Shown: positions 1 to 19,953 of the stretch, piece by piece
How the letters are laid out: each line of letters begins with the position of its first letter
Position numbering within the stretch: the first letter of the stretch is position 1
Source: the human T2T-CHM13v2.0 reference genome, Homo sapiens
Length of the DNA stretch: 64,000 nucleotides
Direction: 5' to 3' (one strand)
NCBI RefSeq assembly: GCF_009914755.1
Contig: NC_060930.1
Translations under genes and position numbers: made by a program
The notes under the pieces: generated by a model
The model's input: only the letters and a program-made list of their open reading frames with translations
Database searches by the model: none
What the model was told of the DNA's origin: nothing

Positions 1-1205
1 ATGAACTTTTCTCTTAGCACCACTTTTGCTTTATCCCAGAGGTTTTGATAAGTTGTGTGTCACCATTATTGTCCATTTCAAAGAATTTTTTAATGTCCAT
101 ATTGACTTCATTGTGAACTCAAAGATAATTTAAGAGCAGATTATTTATTTCATTCCCATGTATTTGTAAAGTTTTTGGGGCTCATTTTTGTGTTGATTTT
201 TAGTTTTATTCCTCTGTGGTCTGAGAAGATACTTGATATGATGTCAATTTTCATAAATATACTGAGACTTGTTTGGTTGCCTATCATATGGTCTATCTTG
301 GAGAATGTTCCATGTGCTGATGAGAAGAATGTATATTCTGCATTCATTGGGAAGAATGTTCCATAAATATCTGTTAAGTCCATTTGTTCTAGGGTATAGT
401 TTAAGTCCATTGTTTCTCTGTTGACTTTCTGTCCTGATGATCTGTCCAGCACTGTCAGTGGAGTATTTAAATCCCCCACTGTTATTATGTGACTATCTCA
501 TTACTTAGGTCTAGTAGTAACTGTTTTGTAAATTTGGGAGCTTCAGTGTTAGGTTCATATATATTTAGAAGTGTAATATATTTTTGTAAGGCTAATCTTT
601 TTATCATTATATAATGGCCTTCATTGTCTATTTTTACTGTTGTGGCTTTAACATCTGTTTTGTCTGATATAAGAATAGCTGTTCCTGCTTACTTTTGGTT
701 TCCATTTGCATGGAATATCTTTTTACACCCCTTTACCTTAAGTTTATGTGAGTCCTTATGTGTTAGGTGTGTCTCTAAAGGACAGCAGATACTTGGTTGG
801 TGGTTTTTTTTTTTTTTTAATCTATTCTGCCATTCTGTATCTTTTAAGTGGAGCATTTAGGCCATTTACTTTCAACATTAGTATTGAGATATGAGATACT
901 GTTCTATTCATCACATTAGTTGTTGCTTAAATATCTTGTTCTATTGTTTTCATTGTGTTATTGTTAATTAAGCCCTGTGAGATTTATGCTTTAAGGAAGT
1001 TGTATTTTGGTGTATATTGAGGTTTTGTTTCAAGATTTAGGACTTCTTTTAGCATATCTTGTAGTGCTTGTTGGGTAGTGGCCATTCTCTCAGCATGTGT
1101 TTGTGTGTAAATGACTATCTCTCCTTCATTTATGAAGCTTCATTTTGCTGGATATGAAATTCTTGACCAACAATTATTTTATTTAAGGACCCCAGTCCCT
1201 TCTGA
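1..1205 (-). mobile_element. Old L1 fragment (L1PB/L1M-type): end of ORF1 plus ORF2 endonuclease region, continuing off the left edge
   Basis: ORF 150..479(-) reads GDLNTPL..LDRSSGQK..DLTDIY..EYTFFSSAHGTFSKIDHMIG..SDH, which is the L1 ORF2 APE endonuclease. ORF1 C-terminal-like sequence lies near 1050-1200. Degraded. Confidence 0.9.
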
Positions 1206-2059
1206 TCTAGTATGTTTTTAGTGCTTCTTTACTGAATGTCACTAAATGAATACGGACATTATCACTAGTAGTACCTAATTCAGAATTGCCATTTTTTGGT
1301 CTGTGAGGATACATTTAAATACAAAAAAAATTCTTCCAGACACTGAAATTTAGGTGAAATACAGCTTGGCTTCAAATTCTGTTTTATTGGTCCTTCTGCA
1401 CTTTCAGTAACTAAGATAATACAATATAAAAAGACATGGCATCATAGAAATTCAATAAGTGAAATTCTTCTTAGTCATATCAGAAAAGAAGCAAGATACC
1501 CCTTTTTATGGTGAAGTTTGCTTTCTATTATTAGTAATTTTTCCTTGCTACCCTAGATTATCATTACTTTTTCTACATTTTTCTGCCTGTTTTCATACCA
1601 ACTATATAAAGTTTGTGGTGCCTATAAAAACTTAAAGATATTTCAAGTCAGGCTTGACAGCTAGATTTATTTTTGAGAATGAGTAATATTACTACTAAAA
1701 TAGTATTTTTCATTTTAAATATTAATAGAACAAAAGGATGATATGTTCACTATGTTTTATGAATGAATATAGGTTCTCTTGTTTTATACTGAGGCAATTA
1801 ATTTGGGTTTAGCATACTCTGAATAGTGACTAAATACTTAGACAATTGATTTTGGAAATACATTAACATGTTTAGACTATAAAAATATATTTAATATTCT
1901 CAAATAAACTTATTTATTTGGAAAACATTCTCAAATTTATTGGGAAGAAATAATGCATTTAAAAAGATAATATTCTACCTATTTGCTTTTAAGATAAAAT
2001 CCAGAGTGAAAACCTGAAATAGCAAACATATGAGAATGGATGGAGTCTGATAAGAAGAC

Positions 2060-2480
2060 GTGTTTGTCTTTATGGCAGATATCAATGATTGCTCACCCAA
2101 TGGCCATTTTCTCCTGCTTTTTCCATTCTGACAGAATTTGCCACCCACCATAGAGGCAGAAAAAGTCCAGATGTCCATTTTCTGGTATCCCTGATAGTTA
2201 AGTCCAACGGGATGGAAGAAGTGCTACATGTTTCTGGAACGGTTTTACTATTTTAAAATAAGAGAGACCAGTGAAAAGAAATACCTTCTTCCTTGCTGCT
2301 TTTGGACATTGTCCTGGGAGGATGAAATGGTGAAAATTATGACAGTCATTCTGTAATCATAGCAAGTAAGCCAAAGGCTCTAACAATTCTGGGCTGTGGA
2401 AAAAATAAACTTTGTAACTGCTCTCATCTGGACTTTCTGTTACATCATGTAATAAACCTCTGCTTTTAGTTAGGTACCAT
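2060..2480 (+). mobile_element. Degraded MaLR (MLT1-type) solo LTR
   Basis: Resembles recalled MLT1 LTR segments, with an AATAAACC near the 3' end. Boundaries approximate. Confidence 0.45.
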
Positions 2481-2994
2481 CTTGACTGAGATAGTCTCTA
2501 CTGAAGAGCTGGATTAATTCTACTCTATGAAGATATTAAGAAGTAGCTAAAATATGCTCATGTTGGTGGTCAGTGCCTGATGTAGGGACATGAGTGGATG
2601 GGTGAAGGGTTAAGAATGTTTGTCTGTAAAGTTGAAATTATAATTTTATGTTTATCGGAACTAATATTTAGTAAAATTAAGTTTATTTTTTAATAGACTA
2701 AAGGAAACCTAATGCTGGTATTATGAATTTATGTGAGACTAAACATCAGCTTTTGGCATGGGCAATTATGGTTTTTAGAAAAGTAAGATGGCGGGGGAAA
2801 GAACTTAGGTAAAGCAGGAATGTTGAGAGTGAGTTATGCCTAATTTTGCCTCTGTAAGCACCAGAATCTTCTCTTTAATAATTGCTTAAATGTCAACCAA
2901 TTCATGATGTTTATAATAACATTTAATTGTTTTTAAAATTTATGAATTTATGAAGGCAAGTTTATTTGAGAGTAAGAAACCACACTTCAGAGGG

Positions 2995-3289
2995 TTTTTT
3001 TTTTTTTTTTAATGAAGTCTTGCTTTTGTTGCCCAGGCTGGAGTGCAGTGGCATGATCTCGGTTCACTGCAACCTCTGCCTCCCGGTTTCAAGCAATTCT
3101 CGTGCCTCAGCCTCCTGAGGAGCTGGGATTACAGGTACCTGCCACTACACCCAGCTAATTTTTGTATTTTTCATAGAGATGGGGTTTCGCCACGTTGGCC
3201 AGGCTGTTCTTGAACTCCTGATCTCATGATCTCTCCACCTCAGCCTTCCAAAGTGCTGGGATTACTGGCATGAGCCACTGCACCTGGCC
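2995..3289 (-). mobile_element. AluS
   Basis: Poly-T followed by a full antisense dimeric Alu. Imperfect flanking repeat AGAGG(G)TTTT on both sides. Confidence 0.95.
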
Positions 3290-5469
3290 TAGAGGTTTTT
3301 ACTTGTGCACAATTATAGAAAATGTATTACAGATCAATATACTGTGAGATTCCAGTATTAACATTTAAATCTATTCTCAGCATGGTCTCAGGAGGGAAGA
3401 ATCTTAGCTTGGTGAGAAATATAATTCTCTAATCATTTAGCCTCCAAAGTTTTGCTGATCTTCTTGTGCATTCCTTCATTCTGCCACAGAAGGATTCATT
3501 GGGCAGGACTAACTGATGCCAGGGAACAAAAATATATAAACTTTTACTTAGGGATACAGATGCTTTTCAGTTGCTTGGCCCTGAGACATTCTTTCTATAA
3601 TGACAATAGTCTTTACTGTTTGGAAAATTTTGAAAATTCTGATACTTATTATGCAGTGGGGATGAGGTTTTCTGGAAGGGAAATTCTGGATCTATGTCTT
3701 TCTGGAAAGACATATGGATGTCATTATGTCCTATGTAAGACAATTTGATGGCGCAAAATTAAAGAATGATTGTTTTAATTATTAACTCCTAATGTAATAT
3801 TAGCATCATGGCAAAATGTGAATTTCTGGCATTGCAACTCCAGCCGTTTTGAGCTCACTAGAGAACTATGAAAGAAAAGTAGGATTTTGCTCCTATAAAA
3901 CCTGAAGAATATAATATTTTCTCCCCCAACGTGGAATCCTCTAGAGGAGCAGCTTGATATAGTAGAAAAAGCACCAAAATAAGGTTTATATGTTTTAAGC
4001 TCTAAGTTTTGTTTCTTTTTTTTTTATTCACTGATCATTTAATTTGTGACAAACTTTCACCTTTCTTAAGCCCTGATTTTTTTCTTATATAATAAAGATA
4101 ATAATTTCTTTCTTGCAAGAGTAGCATTTTGTGGAGATTCAAAGAACTAATATGTTTCAATGTGTTTCCAAAGCTCTAAAGCATTTACAAGTGTTGTCAT
4201 CTTATCTTTTGGGCTGTAGAAATTTGAAAGCTGTTACTTGGAAAAGTGGAGCCTCTGAGAAGCAGGCATACTGATATCGGAAATGACAGGTGACAACCTG
4301 ACCACAAAAATGAACTGGAAACCAAAGTACAACATTGGCAGTCATAATGGTGACTGATCATTAATGGAAAGGTGGATTATGTTTAGAATCATCTGTTTTT
4401 AAAAAGCACACAGATGTGCAGTCAAACAGCGTTTTTTTAATGGTTAAATAATTTGGATCATATGAGGGTGAGGTTTAGCTGATTAGAAAATGGACACATG
4501 TGTTTTATATTACTTCCCAAATGTCTTATAAATAGAGGCACTGATTGCCTTTGGTTCAGGCTGTATTTTCCAGGGTGAAAACACGTTTTGTTGCCCTGGT
4601 TCATGCACTAGGCACAAGGCAAAATTTAGCCTCTCAAAGTCTTGAATTAATCATAAATTTTTACCCAAGTATTTTTCTCCAAACTATTTCATACCCTGCA
4701 CACCAAAATATTCAAACTCTTTGGGCTTCTTTTTGAGCCATGTTTTCCATTGACTTTCCCTCCCTCCCTCTCTGGCTGAACATCTGTCCAGTTATTCCCC
4801 TTATTATGCATTGGTCAAACATCTGTGAGAGATAAGCTCCAATATTCTCTGGTATGGATTCTGTGGTGATTTGAAATATTTTTGAATTTTTTAAAATACC
4901 ACTCCCATCAAAAGGGTGTCCAATTGCCTTTCTTTGAATATAGAACCATCTTAACATGAAAAAAATAGAAAAGATCTGAGAGTTTACTCTACATTCAAGC
5001 TAATGAGTTTGCCTGCTACAGTTTTAGGATTGCTTGAAGCCTCCTGAGTCAGAAAAGAATTTTATAACAATAACAACAGCCCGAGTATCAGCATTTTCTG
5101 GTCCCTAATTACCTAAACTCTAATTCCCCCAGGGAGGCAAAAAGAGGATCAGGTGACATCTGCACACATAGGAAAGAAACTTGAGCTTAGAGAACTCAAA
5201 TCTTTTAGAAAAGGTTAGTATGCATGTCTTCTTTTCCTTTGGAGGGAGTCATTATCTTTTATTATATTGGGTAGTAAGCATGACTGCCCATTTCTCAGGA
5301 GTGTCCACTGTATATTTTAATGCTGTCGACTGTATAAGCATTTTTGAAAAGATAGCCTAGACCAAAGGCAGTCAGAGCCTCTATTCACAAGACATGCAGA
5401 AACACAAGAGACTATGGTGAAGCATCTCCCAACACCTCCCAAAATAATCATGGTTGACTTCTGAGGCTA

Positions 5470-5730
5470 GGTGTACCTTTCACAGATTTAGTGGGGGTTC
5501 CAGCTGAATCCAGACAGATGAGTACTCAACTGCCAGACATGTGAGTAAGGTAGCCTTCAGTTGATTCCAGTTCCCAGGATTCATGCCATTCCAGCTAAAA
5601 AGTAGAGCAGAGATAAGAAGTTCCCCCCAGGCCATGTTCACATTGCAGATTTATGAGTAAAATAAATGTTTTTTAAGCCATTGTGTTTTGGAGCAGTTTT
5701 TTTATGCAGCAGCAGATAACCAGAACACAC
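5470..5730 (+). mobile_element. MLT1-type LTR, 3' part
   Basis: Ends with the typical MLT1 terminus AATAAA...TAAGCCA...TTATGCAGCAGCAGATAACCAGAACA. Confidence 0.6.
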
Positions 5731-6170
5731 TGTTTAGCTTAATGCTGCTCTGTAAAGGCAAACCTTCCACTAGATTTACCCCAGCTGTGAGATTAGAAGC
5801 CCCAATGCAAAAATTCTGGATAAAATATGTTTTATTGTTCTTGTACCATATAAACAAATAAACAAAATAACATAGCAAGGGAAATTGTAGCTTTAATGAG
5901 GAAAATATATTAACATCAAGATTTAAAGGGATTGCGCTTAAGTGAGACTTTTTGCCATTTCAGTATCTACCTACATGATCTTTCCTCTATAGGAAGCCAA
6001 ACGATATATTTGCTAATAAATTTTCCTCACAGCGCAGTCTTCCATAATCTGTGTTTCCTTGCCATAACCTAAAGAACATAGAGAATACAAAGATGTTCTA
6101 TGTATGTAGTCTTGGGTTTGTCACTAAAACTACTTCCCACATACTGGGGTCTACAAAATATAATTTGTAA

Positions 6171-6671
<501 letters not shown>

Positions 6672-7299
6672 TAATGATATTCAGTCCTTGTTCCCTGAAA
6701 GCAGTCATGTTTCAGTGTTCATACTGAATTAGGTTCACTTAGATGAGAGAGGTATAAATTTGCTCTGTCTTCTTGACTATAAATTGACTTGATCTGGCCA
6801 TTTCTGATTCTCTAAGCTCTATATCAGAGTATTGGTTTGCTATAAACATCTTGCAAGTCTGAACATACATAGAGCATATCATCTCTCTGCCATCTTGTAG
6901 TTATTAGCTCAACATAATTACCCCAGTGATCTCTCTACCTCACTGTGTTTTTCTTTGAGGGCTGTTAGGTATCTTTCCTCAGAGGTAGATGCTTTTGGAG
7001 CATTCAATTCAATTAATTCCAAATACTATATCTTGCAACCATACAGTTAATCTCTGACACTTCTCAGTCTCCGAGTCCTGCCATCTCTATAATATTACAT
7101 GGGCTTTATTAAACCTTGAATGTCTTCTTTTATTAAACCATGCATGTCTCAAAGGCTGATACTTTCCTCCCTAAGGATGTCTTCAATTCTTGGCAAAATG
7201 TGACCGAAACCAGTCATTTTGAAAGTCTGTTATAAAATTTTAATTCGGCCTACAGATGACGTGGATTTTGTTGGTAATGTTACTCCAAAATACACCAAA

Positions 7300-7432
7300 G
7301 CTTACTGGGACACAGCTATATCCATTAATTTACGTATTTTCTATGCTGCTTTTGTGCTACAGTTAAAGAGTTGAGTCATCATGACAGAGACCATATGGCC
7401 CACAAAGCCTAAAAAGTTTGCCAAACCCTGTC
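7300..7432. mobile_element. MER58-like hAT-Charlie DNA transposon fragment
   Basis: GTTGAGT..GACAGAGACCATATGGCCCACAAAGCCTAAAA..TTTGCC.ACCCTG matches the recalled MER58 terminus. Confidence 0.6.
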
Positions 7433-7439
7433 TCATATG

Positions 7440-8460
7440 GCTGTTACACTTATTTGTGTGTGTTTTTCATCTTTTCTCACCCTCTGTGTCCTTTAGTCTG
7501 GATATTTTCTATTGGCCTATCTTTCAGTAAATGAATCCTCTAATCTTCTTTTCAGCTGGTTTTAATCTATGGCTAAACCCATCTATTGAGTCCTTAAATT
7601 CACTGATTATATTTTTCATATCAAGAATTTCTATGTAATTTCTCTTTTATAGAATTTTTTGATTGCTGGTGAAATTCTTCTTTTGTATTTATATGTTGAA
7701 TATATTACTTAAAGTTATTTTAAAGTTCACATTTTGCAAGCCAATATTTGGATCACCTGTGGGACTATTTCTATTTTCTGTTGTTTCTCTTGGCCTTTGT
7801 TTATTTCATTTTGACTTATGGTAATTTTTCTTTGAAAATGCCAGATATAATGGTTAAAAAAGGACAGAGATATTCTGAATCTCTGGCTGAGATCATCTTC
7901 GTTGACAGAAGCAATTTCTTTCCAGTAGGCAGTTACAGTAAGAAAGAGTACCTTAATACCAGTCATGAGGTGGTTGAACACTGGTTTTGAGTTTTTCATG
8001 ATGGTTGTTCAAGTTATCCTTACCCTTAGAGCGTAGCTCTTCTAATGTCCTAGTTGGATGACTAGGGTATTTACCAGAGCCCTTCCTACTTTGTGTGGCC
8101 TGAACTCCAGGTTTTGTCTTCTCAGCCCCTTGAAGTTTCCAGTAGTTCTGCTCAGCTTCTTGTCTCTTCACTGCCACCTTCTGATTAGTTTCTCAGTCTA
8201 CCTAGCTACTTACAGATTGCCACAGAAAAAGCAGTACATAATGTTAGGCCTCTTCAAAGGAGCATTCATTTTCTCCAAGATCTTTGTCCTCTCAAGTCCT
8301 GGATGACTTAGTAGCTTTCTGATGGTTTCCAATGTATTTTTTTCATTTGTATGTAAATATTCTGAATAGCTTTTCTAGTCACTCTTGGAACAGTTCAGCA
8401 GGGGTTGGAGGAGTGGGGATGGTTCGTGACAAAGCATTCAACCATTACCCTCAATAAGCA
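7440..8460 (-). mobile_element. Very old L1M (L1ME-type) 5'/ORF1 fragment
   Basis: T-rich antisense L1-like tract, highly decayed. Boundaries approximate. Confidence 0.45.
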
Positions 8461-9019
8461 AATTCTTATTATTTTTGATAAGTTGTTTAGTTCTTTTTCT
8501 TATTTCAGTGGGTTTAGGACCATGGATTTCTGTCTCTGGCCCCCTGTACTGGAAAAGAAAATTACCCTAAGATAGGTTTTTTTCTCCAGAACTTTGTTTT
8601 GTGTTGGTCGCCTGTGGGGGACACCTGCTCTGGAAGGAAGCCACACCACACAGTTTGTTGATTTATTTTAGCCTGTAAGAAATCCCTGTTGCACTGAATT
8701 TGCTTGTCTTGGCTGCCTGCCTTACTGCCTGTCTTTACCTTGCCAAATTAGGAGTTTTATATAGGATTCTTTTGAGATTCCTCCATTTATTTCCCCAACA
8801 TTCTCTTTTTCACCTTCAGAGGAATTGTGAGTCAGTGAGGTGTGCCTGCTTCTACACTGAACCATACATTCTATAGTATGAAACTTCATGGAATTCATAT
8901 ACCATTTTTCTTTCTTTTTTAAAAAATTTCTCCATTTATTTTGACTGTTCACCTTTAGAAATCATTACATCTAGCAAAACCATTTCCTAGGGCTTCATTT
9001 CAAGTTTATTATTATTATT

Positions 9020-9215
9020 TTTAGCAATGAACATTTTTATAGCACTCTACATGTGCCAGACAATCCACTAAGCACTTGACATATATTAATTCATGTATTT
9101 TCCGCACTTTACAGATAAGAAAACTGAAGCACAATGATCTTAACCAACTTTCCCAATGTCAGAGCTAGTAAGAGCCTGGGCCATAGCCCCAGGAATTCTA
9201 GTTTCTTAACCCAGC
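9020..9215 (-). mobile_element. MIR
   Basis: MIR core TTACAGATAAGAAAACTGAAGCACA..AACTTTCCCAATGTCA. Confidence 0.7.
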
Positions 9216-12059
9216 TCGGAAGTTTGACTTGGATGTTCATGTGATAGAATGGTAGAGAATGGAAGAAAATAACAAATCACAAGTATTTCCCAGTTAGTAA
9301 CTCCTCAAACCCAAGGATGACTAAGGTTGACTCCCAGCACTTGGCATGTCATGGTTCTATCCTGCTAATTCCATATTCTAAAGCTCATTTGTGGCTGGCT
9401 GTCTGGAAGGGGAGAAAAATCTCTCAGACCCTCTGTTGGCCGGAAGTGTTTGGCATTTTGGGTGAGTGAGGGTGTGAAGAGCAGCTTGTAATTCCATAGG
9501 ATGTCTGGACCACACTGAATTTTTCTTACTCCCATTTCTAGTTCAGCTTTTCCTCCAATACATGCATATCTTTCTCCTTGACAATCTACACAACTTTGCT
9601 CAAAAGTCACCTTCTAAGCCAAGCTCTCTCTGATGATCTCATTTAAAATTGCAAGTGCTCTGTCCACAGACAACCAAACTCCTACCTTATTTATTATAAC
9701 ACTTATTGTCTCTGACATACAACACAGTTTATTTACTGTCTGTCCCCTACTCCAATGCTATATCATTACTACCTAGAAGATTGTCAGACACATATTAGAT
9801 GCTTATTAAAATTTGTTGAATAAATGAAGAATAACAACTTTAAAAATCAGTTGAATATATTTTAAACTGCTAGAGAAAAAAGTTCAGTGAGGAAAAATTA
9901 ACTGATTTCAGGGATCACTCTCTTTCATTGCCTGATGCTCAGTGTCTTGAAAACTGTTGTTTTACACATTTTCTCCATTTTATGATTGCTTCAAATGGGA
10001 GAACAAATTGATTTTCTTTTATTTCATCTTGGCCAGAAGAAGAATTTCATGCTTTATCTTTTATTTATTTGTTAGTTCCGTAAATGTGGGGGACTTTTCT
10101 GTTTGCTTCCATCAATATCTGTCCCAATGATTTGTATTCATATGTATTCTCCGTAACCTATTTTCTGTAATGTCCAGTTACCTAACCACTGGAAAGAGTT
10201 TTCTTTGCTGCAGCCCAGAGCATAAGACAGATATATGTTCTGAATGTAATTTACATGTGAATATCTTAATATTGTGTGACAGCAGTGACTTTAATCTTAT
10301 AACCCTCTTTCTCCTAGACTAGGTGATTAGAAAGGGAATTAAGATGACTTTATTTCCATCATATTACCGGGGCTTAAATTGAACAGGAAATGCCAATATC
10401 TTAGAGTTTTCACTGTATAATCTTTGCATGGAGAGATACATGTTGAAAATACAGTTCATCTATAATGGGAGAGAGAGCAATCTGCTACTCCACTACTAAA
10501 AAATATAATTAAATTCCTTATTGCTACTTGCTACTTATTTTACATAGCCGAACATGAAATACAAAATGTAAGAAACAATCACCTCATTTGCACAGTCCAT
10601 CAGAGTAGTTGTAATCTTTTGATTTGGAAACCTCATTAACATAATTTCAGCATGTCAGTGGAAGTCCATTTTGATAGCATTATTATTTGGCTTTTCTGAA
10701 GCTGTGCTAGATAAATTAAGTGACTCTCCACCTGTCAAGGGTTGAGTGTTGTTGCCAGAAACAATAGAAACAGAAACACAAGAATCAGGAAACCTTCAAC
10801 ATACACCAAATTTTCAGAGATTTTCCACCTGAATGTTAAATTTGAAAAAATAAATTCAATAATCTTAATAATTTATTAAAGCAACAGTTACCTATAAACA
10901 AGAATTATGTTTCATGAAGGACTCTCTTTGACCCAGGGGAATGAAAAATAGAAAGTGGATTAGATTACTAAGAATGGGAATTCCCTGCTTGGAGCATTAG
11001 ACATATGCTTTGGGGTTTAGGAGACACAAAGCTTGTCAAGCTACTTTGTAATTCAGGCCTGGAGCTTCTTTAAATGCATGGCCAGTCTTTAGTTTCAGAC
11101 AACATATTGCTCGTTAGCTTTTCCTCAGATACAATCTTAGTGTTCATTTCTTTTCAGGTGCTGAGTTCTGCATTTCGTGACACCAGTTATGGAATGGGTG
11201 ACCTTAATTGTCTACTGCATGTTTCCTGGGCCGGAATGCCAATTGGATAACAGGAGGGTCATGGTTGCCCTGTGGACAGGTTGATGGAAAGTTGTAAGCC
11301 AGGACTTGGCTGACGCAGAAGAAGACATAGACTGCAAAAACTGATTGATCATGAAAAGTAAACTTGCAAAGGACAGCACGCATGCACTCTGAAGCCTACA
11401 GGAGAGGTGCTCACACTTACACCTCCCATGGCTTTATTGCCATGCTTTATTCATTCATTTCCTTAGTATGCCCCAATAGATGATGGTGGACACAAGCATT
11501 TGATGATAGTTTCTTAACCAATTTCTACCTCTTAAACAACTCCTGAATAATAAAAAACAATAAATTTTATCTATAGAGATGAAAAGATCTTAGAAATTAT
11601 TTGAGGTAGTTCACCTTAATGAGAATGAGAAGGAAAATAAGTTGCCCAAGGTCATAGAGATTTTAAGGCACATAGAGTCTGTTTTAAGGTACGTAGAGTC
11701 TGTGTATGCACATTATCTCATTTAGTCTTCATTGTGTCTCTGTGAGGTAGTCGTGGAAACTGGCATAATTGCTATTTTATTGAGGAGAATGTTGAGTTTC
11801 AGAAATTTTAATACCCAACATAAGAAGAAAAGTGAGGTATAAAATCAGGTCTTGAACTCAGAGCTTTAACTCCTCCTGCAATATTCTGTGGCCTCTGAGT
11901 TGTGCCCAGAATGAGAATTTTAATAAACCCTGGCCTGTATTAGCTTCCTACTATTTTTACTAAACCATTACTTTTTTTCCTTGAATAAAACTTGGTATGT
12001 TAGCTCACAAAATCTGTTGTTCTATTATTCCATGTTCTGTGTAATTCTTACCAACAAAC

Positions 12060-13790
12060 TTATTATTATCAATAAAGCAAACCAAAAAAAAAAAGATTCA
12101 TGGAGAACTATTGTTTTTCTATTCTAATTCCTGCCATCATCTTGTGTAAATTTAATATCTACACAGATAACATTACCTTCACCTCTTATGCCCTTGGCCT
12201 TCGAACTCCTTGACTTTTTAACCTGTTTTCCTGACCCCATATTGGATTAGTCAACTATAGGAAATACGTTGCCTCCATAATGTTAAAGACCAACATCTTA
12301 AGGGGATAATTATACTAGGCAGGGGTGGAAGTGTTGGCAGTGGAAAGATAGTCAAGGTTGGCACTGGTCGTGTTACCAGTTGTGAATTTTATTTTTAATG
12401 TAACAGAAAACCACTGAAACGTTTTCAGTAACAGAGTGACATAATCAGATTTGCAATAAAAAAGAAACACACTGTTGTCTGGAAAACAAAATGAAGAGGG
12501 ACAAAGGCAATTTCAAGCAATTAGATGATTATTAAAAGAGTTGATGATGGTTTGTATCGGGTTGATGGCAATGGGAATAGGGAGAATTTTTAGGAGCTAG
12601 AATTAATAGGACATGGTCATTGGTTGAATATAGGACTCAAGGGAAACGAAGCATTTAATAATAATAATAAATAGTGTTAGGCTTGGAAAACTAAGAGTAG
12701 CTGTGGAAATACTTACTGAGATAGGGAACACTGAAAAAGAAATAGGGTTAAATTTGGGAGGAAAGGCAGATGGGAAAATGGTGAAATTAGGATTCAATAC
12801 GTTCATTTGTGGTAACATAGAGAAATCTGAGTCCTACAGGGAGTACGATACATGAGACTGAAGTTAAGAATAAGAGAGGTTCAAGAGCAGAAGGAGACTC
12901 TGGGAAATAGGTTATGACAGATACTGTAGGTGGTGGATGCTCCAAGGATGCAGATGTAATCAAATGATTCCAGCTGCAAAGTGAAGATCCATCGCATTTA
13001 GCAACATTGAAGTCAGATATGTTTTTAGTATGAGTTATTTCAATAGATTAGTGGTAGAATCTAGAATTCAGTGGGTTGAGGAATGAGGATAATGTGAGAA
13101 AATAGAGGGAGGAATTGCAAATACTTCTTTTAAGAAGTGAGTCAATAATCCAAATACAAATCTCGATGCTATCTAAAACTGCTCTTCGTACTCATTGCCT
13201 AGATAAAAATCAATCACTCAAAACTGGCAGCTCTACCTCTTCTTTTTCAGATTCATACCCACCATCTCTATCAGACTCCCTTAGCCTAGTTCCTCTTAAT
13301 TTTTACTTGGGTCTCCTCATCTTCAGCCCTCTTAGGTACATCATTTGAAAGCTACTGGAATGACCTTTAGAAAACTCATATACTCTTCAAAATCCTTCCA
13401 TTTCTCTCCTTGTGGCTAACTTCCATTCTCTCCAGCCTGACATGGCCATTCCTGGTGCATCTCACATTCTAGCTACAGAATACTATTTCAACTTCCTTCA
13501 AGTGTCTTCTTTGCTTGGCATATGCTGTTTATTTTCCAAGAATGCTTTTAATCCCTTCCTCATTCTACGTCACTTGGTAGATTCTTCTTCAGCCATCAAA
13601 ATTCAGCTAAGATTTCATCTCCAGGAAGCCTCTTGGCTTCCCCCTGCTGTCTTTATTAAATGCTGCCACTGCACATGGTGTGTTCGCCAATTTTCACACA
13701 AACTATTTGTCTATCTTTCATTGCTTTATATCCAAAACCTTGTGCAAAATCTGAGACTAAATTGATATGTACTGAAAGAATGAATACGTG
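12060..13790. mobile_element. Cluster of L2 fragments in both orientations
   Basis: A purine-rich L2-like tract (12300-13140) is followed by a pyrimidine-rich tract ending in a TGAA-type L2 3' end. Degraded. Confidence 0.55.
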
Positions 13791-13880
13791 CTTTAGATAC
13801 AAGGGGAAAGAAATACAGATGACCTATCACTCTCCCCAGATGCCCATCTTATTTATTTACGCTTCAATTCAGATGACTTG

Positions 13881-19449
<5,569 letters not shown>

Positions 19450-19764
19450 ATCCAGATGACTTGAAAGGCAGAATAATTGGTTTTTGTATTTCAGGTAAAT
19501 AATATTTCTAGAAATACATAAAGAAGGAATTTTCATGAGGTGTGAAAATACAGGTTTTAGCTTATGCAAACTTTGTAAATCAAATCAAATGGGATCACAA
19601 AATAAATATTAGAATTTTCATTCTTTATTGTCTTTTTCCATTAATTTTGAAGATTTTATGGGCATATGTATTTTTAAAATTCTGTTAAAGTAATGAGGCT
19701 TGGCAATTAACTTCACAAAGGATTAACTCTAGTACATATATATTAGCATTAATCCTTTTTGGAA

Positions 19765-19865
19765 TAATTATTTATAAAATATAAATTTTTATATTTAACA
19801 TTTATATATAATATATAATATAAAATTTATAAATTTATAAATACATAAATTTATATATTTATATG
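19765..19865. repeat. AT-rich low-complexity tract
   Basis: About 100 bp of almost only A/T with TATA/AAATTT units. Confidence 0.8.
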
Positions 19866-19953
19866 CATACACACAGTTTAGTAGTCTAGTAGTTCCTGTG
19901 TAATTAAGTAGGTTATGTAGGCAATATGAGGACTTCTGAATACGTCTTCAGTT

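Noticed and set aside
1-1205. Left-edge L1 piece as the endonuclease segment deleted from the L1MA at 13.9-19.4 kb
   Set aside because: It overlaps retained sequence at both ends, has different subfamily-type motifs and lies outside that element's TSD, so it is a separate insertion.
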